Source: the human T2T-CHM13v2.0 reference genome, Homo sapiens. Taken from it: 64,000 nt of DNA. Of the stretch, positions 56,377-64,000 are shown piece after piece. The DNA lies in assembly GCF_009914755.1 (NCBI RefSeq), contig NC_060925.1; one strand, written 5' to 3'. Within the stretch, counting starts at the first letter, position 1. Each line of letters starts with the position of its first letter. Below the pieces are notes generated by a model. It made no database searches. It saw only the letters and a list, made by a program, of their open reading frames with translations, and was not told where the DNA came from. The translations under genes and the position numbers were made by a program.

Positions 56377-56660
56377 AATCCCAGCACTTTGGGAAGCTGA
56401 GGCAGGAGGACCACTTGAGCCCAGAAGTTCAAGACCAGTCTGGGCAACATAGTGAGACCCTATCTCTACAAATTTTTAATTAGCTGGGCATGGTGGTACA
56501 TGCCAGTAGTTCAAGCTACTGGTGGGGAGGAGGTGAGGTGGGAGGATTATTTTAGCCCAGAGGCTGAGGCTACAATGAGCCATGATTGTGCCACTGCACT
56601 CCAGCCTGGGTAACAGAACAAGACCCTGTCTCAAAAAAACAACAACAACAACAACAAAAC
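56377..56660 (+). mobile_element. Alu (J-like, 5'-truncated)
   Basis: Alu consensus with (CAA)n tail. Confidence 0.88.
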
Positions 56661-56873
56661 ATGGACAGCAATTACATCATGAAGAGGCTTCTATGCCCTC
56701 CAACCACCTGCATTCCTGTTTTATTGATGTTCTAGGCTAAATATTACACAGGTTAGAATTTGGCATTAAGGAGATAGAGAATCCCAGAAAAATTTTAAAG
56801 CTACTCTTACCCCAAAGAAAAGGTTTTGAACACTATATTTGATAACTTTCTCTTAAATTTTTAATATCACAAT

Positions 56874-57243
56874 TGATATGGTTTGTATTTCTGTCCTTGC
56901 CCAAATCTCATGTCAAATTGTAATCCCCAATATTGGAGGAGGGGGCTGGTGGGAGGTGATTGGGTTATGAGGGCGGATTTCCCCCTTGCTATTCTTGTTA
57001 TTAAACCTGGTTGTTTAAAAGTGTGTAGACCTCCCCAAGCTCTCTTCCTCCGGCTCTAGCTATATAAGACGTGCCTGCTTCCCCTTCGCCTTCCACCAAG
57101 ACTGTAAGTTTCCTGAGGCCTCCCCAGCTTCCTGCATGCTTCCTGTGCAGCCTGCAGAACTGTAAGTCAATTAAACCTCTTTTCTTTATAAATTACCCAG
57201 TCTCAGGTAGTTCTTCACAGCAATGTGAGAACAGACTAACAAC
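56874..57243 (+). mobile_element. MaLR LTR (MSTA-like), ~50 bp past the HENMT1 3' end
   Basis: tgatatggtttg...caaatctcatgtcaaattgtaatcccc...caattaaacctcttttctttataaattacccagtctcagg...cagactaac. Confidence 0.85.
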
Positions 57244-57313
57244 AATCAACTCATGGCTTTAACACAAAAAAAATAGGTAAGTTCAAAATTAACATATTAC
57301 CACATCCAACTTC

Positions 57314-57319
57314 TTTATT
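57314..57319 (-). terminator. HENMT1 polyadenylation signal (AATAAA on minus strand); 3'UTR ~57290-57559
   Basis: tttatt on the plus strand ~240 nt past the stop; minus-strand T/GT-rich downstream element near 57260-57275. Confidence 0.75.
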
Positions 57320-57559
57320 CTTGAGAAAACAAAAAAGTCCAAAATCAAAGGAAAGCACCCGTTTTAAACCCTCATATCTTTCTCAGGGCTCACTGCAGTC
57401 TGGCCATATCTCAAGCAGGTCTGTCCAATGGCTTGGAACATAGACTTTTGCAGTGAAACTTTAAAAACATTACTTGAATTAGGATTACACAAAAAAAACT
57501 AAATTCTAAGTGAGCACAACTATCGCTGAGACCCTGAAATTTCAGGAAATAAACATGGT

Positions 57560-57985
57560 TCAAAACTCAAACTGTTCATCAAAATAATTACGCAGGTCAG
57601 CCACCACTGCAGAACCATCACTGCTCAGAGGAATTGAGTCAGCAATGACTGATCTCATCATCTCTTCATTAGCACATAAGCGGTTCAACTTGGGATACGC
57701 AAGGAGTCTCTGCAGAGGTACGAAAAATTTATCTCCAACACAGAAGGGTGTGGGAGAGTTCTCTATCTTGGCCTTCTCAACCTCTGTGAAGACTGGTCCA
57801 AAGCATGGGACAGGGGCCTTTGAGCCACCAATGTCTTTGGGCTTATCACCCCGTTCCCCAGCCTGTTCTTTCCGCCTTGGCAGGTGGCTCACTCTTAAGC
57901 TTTCCACTTGTTGGGACACCTCATTAACCAACACAAGTTTAAAGAACCTTTCCTGCTGTAAGCTTGGGTATGAGGTGGTAAAAAC
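57560..57985 (-). CDS. HENMT1: HENMT1 last coding exon: VFTTSYPSLQQ...LRNYFDEQFEF-stop
   Basis: ttttttcccttcag acceptor; 426 nt to TGA; within ORF 57560..58033. Confidence 0.95.
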   Translation of the reverse strand, partial: VFTTSYPSLQQERFFKLVLVNEVSQQVESLRVSHLPRRKEQAGERGDKPKDIGGSKAPVPCFGPVFTEVEKAKIENSPTPFCVGDKFFVPLQRLLAYPKLNRLCANEEMMRSVIADSIPLSSDGSAVVADLRNYFDEQFEF

Positions 57986-58311
57986 CTGAAGGGAAAAAAC
58001 AAAACACTTACAAGTGTATAATAATATAAACATACATAAATTTTCAAAGCCATCAATAACTTTTTTGCCATGTAAGAATAAATGTACATATTGAATATAT
58101 GTCAGATCCTACTAATCGTAAATGCCTCAGTTATAATGGGAATCAAATCACTGACACATAGAAATTAACTATCCGATTTGCTTTCTAATGCTAATGCCCA
58201 ATGTCTCCCAGCCAGGTTTCTACCAAGTCACATGAACCCAGTATTTCTACTTGATATTACAGGGGCAAGGGCAAAAAAAAATGAAAAATGGTTCAGTTAA
58301 AAGGGAAAACG

Positions 58312-58620
58312 TGGGTAAGTGCAGTGACTCACACCTGTAATCTCAGCATTTTAGGAAGATGGGGCAGGAGGATTGCTTGAGGATGGAAGTTCAAGACCAG
58401 CCTGGGCAACATAGTGAGACCCTGTCTCTACGGAAAAAAAAACAAAAAACAAAACAAAAAAAAGCTGAGCATGGTGGTGCACGCCTGTCGTCCTAGCTAC
58501 TTAGGAGGCTCAAGTGGGAGGATCGTTTGTGCCCAGGAATTCAAGGTTACAGTGAGCCATGATTGTGCCGGTGCACTCCAGCCTCGGTGACAGAACAAGA
58601 CCCTGTCCCTAATTAAATAA
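58312..58620 (+). mobile_element. Alu (J-like) in the last HENMT1 intron
   Basis: Alu consensus. Confidence 0.88.
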
Positions 58621-58818
58621 AATTTTTAAAGAGGGGGAGGAAGTGTTTCTTCTTCTTCTCTCTTTAAACCAAAAGGGTCTGAGAAGTTTGTAGGCTCAAA
58701 GAGTAATGTCCTAAGCCAAGCTGGGGAGAAACTGCTGCTGGCTTTCCTTTTTACTACTGATAATCCTAACAGATTACAAAAAGAGGTTGCTCAACTATTG
58801 CTTTCAAGTATTCTGGGT

Positions 58819-58946
58819 GTTTTTTTGTAGAGATGGGAGATCTCACTATGTTGTCCAGGCTGCACTCGAACTCCTGGGTTCAAGCAATCTTTCTACCTTG
58901 GCCTCCCAACATGCTAGGATCACAGGTGTGAGCCACTGTACCCAGC
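58819..58946 (-). mobile_element. FLAM/Alu left monomer
   Basis: TSD aagtattct. Confidence 0.85.
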
Positions 58947-59153
58947 TACTTTGAAGTATTCTAAGACAACCCCAGCAGATCATTCCCTTTAACATGCCTT
59001 GAAACACCAAAAGGCCAGGCAGTCTCAAAGGACACCGTAGGCTAACTCGGACAGTAGTCATGGGGCCTGAAGAATTCTCCTAGAGTGAACCACAAAGCAA
59101 GGTCATTTACACTCATCTCTACTTTGGGGATTCTTACTCCCCAAAAAAGTTCA

Positions 59154-59414
<261 letters not shown>

Positions 59415-60022
59415 CTAAATGTAGAGCTACTGTTAAATAAGGAACCATTTCTGGTCAGCAGTAAAAGAGAACATGAAAAATACAATGAACATAAATACTT
59501 CTAAGTTACAAATTCCTAACCACCAGTGTATTTATTTCTAAGAGAAGTCAAGGCAAGGATATAGTGTCAGTTTCCAATTTACCCTAAGAATATGGAAGAC
59601 GAAAGGAAAATTATGGGCAGGGTGTAGGGGTGGACAAGGAGGCAACAAGTGCTCAACCCAACTACCCATTTGGGTTTGCAATTACACCAGAAAACATGAC
59701 TAAGCCTCAGGAGATATCCCGGGGAGGGGCATGAGGCTCATTCTCACTGTCCCAAACCTTCCCTCTGTTTTGTTCCTCATCTCCATGCCAGTACTACAGA
59801 TGCCTTCACATAAAAGGTGCCCAGTAACCACACCCCCTTTCCACACTTGCCCAAATGCAATGGTTCCTTTGTGATCTTATTACATACTAAGTCACACATT
59901 GGAATCAATTTTATTGGAAGAAAGTACAAAACAATTTAGGTAATGTATGTATATCAATATTTATTTCCTAAGATTTTAAACTCCAACAGGATCCCAAATA
60001 AACAAAAACCCTTCTGAACTTA

Positions 60023-60349
<327 letters not shown>

Positions 60350-60356
60350 TTATTCG

Positions 60357-60775
<419 letters not shown>

Positions 60776-61657
60776 TTATTCATATATTCTCATCCTTTCC
60801 TACCCCCCAACTCCATCTATGATGGCTCCCTTATCCAACCAAGGTCCTTTGCTGTGCTCTATGGCCTCATTATCAATACCTCTAAAAAAAAGTCTCTGAG
60901 GTTATACCTCCCTGATATAATGCATCAAGGAGGACAAAATCACTTCTATGATATTCTTGTCAAAAATGCATGCCCTGAATCTGATAATGAGGAGACACTC
61001 AGATAGAGCGACATTCTAGAAAATAGCACATATTCTTCAGAAATATCAAGGGCAAATAGGACCAGGCAGAAAGGCTGCACAGACCTGCTTCAGATTAAAG
61101 GAGCCCAGGCAAACGTGACAAATGCATTGTGTGATCTTGGGCCATTTTAAATTATAGCTAAATTTTAAAATAGCTATAGAAAGACATTACTGGAACAAAT
61201 GATGAATGCTGAATGTGGACTTAGATTAGGTAATCGTACTGTATCAATGTTCAATTTCCTGATAGAATTACATGGTTATGGTAAGAAGTCTTTGTTCTCA
61301 GAATATACATACCAAGGTATCTAGGGTAACAGGACACAGTGTATCCAACCTACTCTGAGATGGTTCAGATAAAAAATACACGTAGAAAGTTATATTTAGG
61401 GAAAAAGACACAGTAAATAGGATCAAATATAAATAAGTGGTAAATCTAGGTAAAGAACAGATGAGAATTCCTTGGACCATTCCTGCAACTTCTGTAAATT
61501 TGCAATTATATAACAATTAAATGTTACCAAAACCGGGTCTGACAAAGTCTTGCTGCCATCCCATCTAAGTCAGTGTGTCCTAAGCAAACTAGACATTGAC
61601 AAAAATGCTTCACAGAGGGCTGAGCTTCTATGCAATTCACAAGAAAATTGTAAACCA

Positions 61658-63330
<1,673 letters not shown>

Positions 63331-63708
63331 CTGAATTTTTTAGTAGAGGCAAAAGGCCATGTGTATACCCTTAATTGATTCAGGAAAAAAAATAACTCTA
63401 AAGGGAGATGGAGGAGGGGTGAACAGGAGAGGGAGGGTGCAATGTACAAATGATTTAAAAAGTGAGATGTTAACATCTGGATAAAGGGGGGTATAGGTAT
63501 TCTTGGTACTATGTATTTGTGGCAATTTATCTGTATACTTGAAATTTCTAAGTAAAATGTTGGAAAAGCAGAGTAAAAAGATATTCCCAACCAATGAGCA
63601 GTTTTCCTTACAATAATCAAGACCTATTATATTTAGGACACTAAGATCACTGAGACTTATTCAGGCTTTTCAAATGAACAGTTATACAGTGTATCAGTTT
63701 AAAACTTA

Positions 63709-63855
<147 letters not shown>

Positions 63856-64000
63856 TTATTGAAGAAACTTTCTGAACATTATCTATTTAAAAATTCTCAC
63901 CAGCTACAGAACTCAGATCCTCTGATAATTATCTTCTACCTCTATTGATATAAGTCTGACACAGCCTGTTTTCCTTGTCTTGACATATTAAAGACCAGGT

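Noticed and set aside
57645-57989. 114-aa plus-strand ORF
   Set aside because: Antisense shadow of the HENMT1 last exon

Overview
Primate (human-like) genomic DNA that is Alu/L1/L2/LTR-rich and holds two convergently transcribed genes. Plus strand: ten internal/terminal coding exons of FAM102B/EEIG2 (9565-44140; the first coding exon lies upstream of the window), then a ~4.2 kb 3'UTR ending near an AATAAA at 48294. Minus strand: the last four coding exons of HENMT1, the small-RNA/piRNA 2'-O-methyltransferase (63844-57560; AATAAA at 57319-57314). All exon boundaries were read by hand; they are GT-AG and keep the reading frame. The ~9 kb between the genes holds a full-length solo LTR12C (ERV9) with a 4-bp TSD nested in an L1MA, a MER4-type LTR and two MST LTRs. 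The most unusual things seen are three. (1) A ~311-bp, ~96%-identical inverted duplication of apparently unique sequence in FAM102B intron 1; its ~660-bp spacer is mostly a polypurine tract with eight 'stuttered' copies of the junction sequence. (2) Strongly strand-asymmetric, largely non-CpG C>T (G>A in LTR sense) substitution confined to the R/U5 end of the LTR12C, resembling APOBEC3 hypermutation. (3) The same LTR is a promoter-type element pointing antisense into the FAM102B 3'UTR. Repeat subfamily names come from memory of consensus sequences and repeat boundaries are approximate. I found no evidence for a new protein-coding gene; the long ORFs in the track are known exons or repeat-derived.
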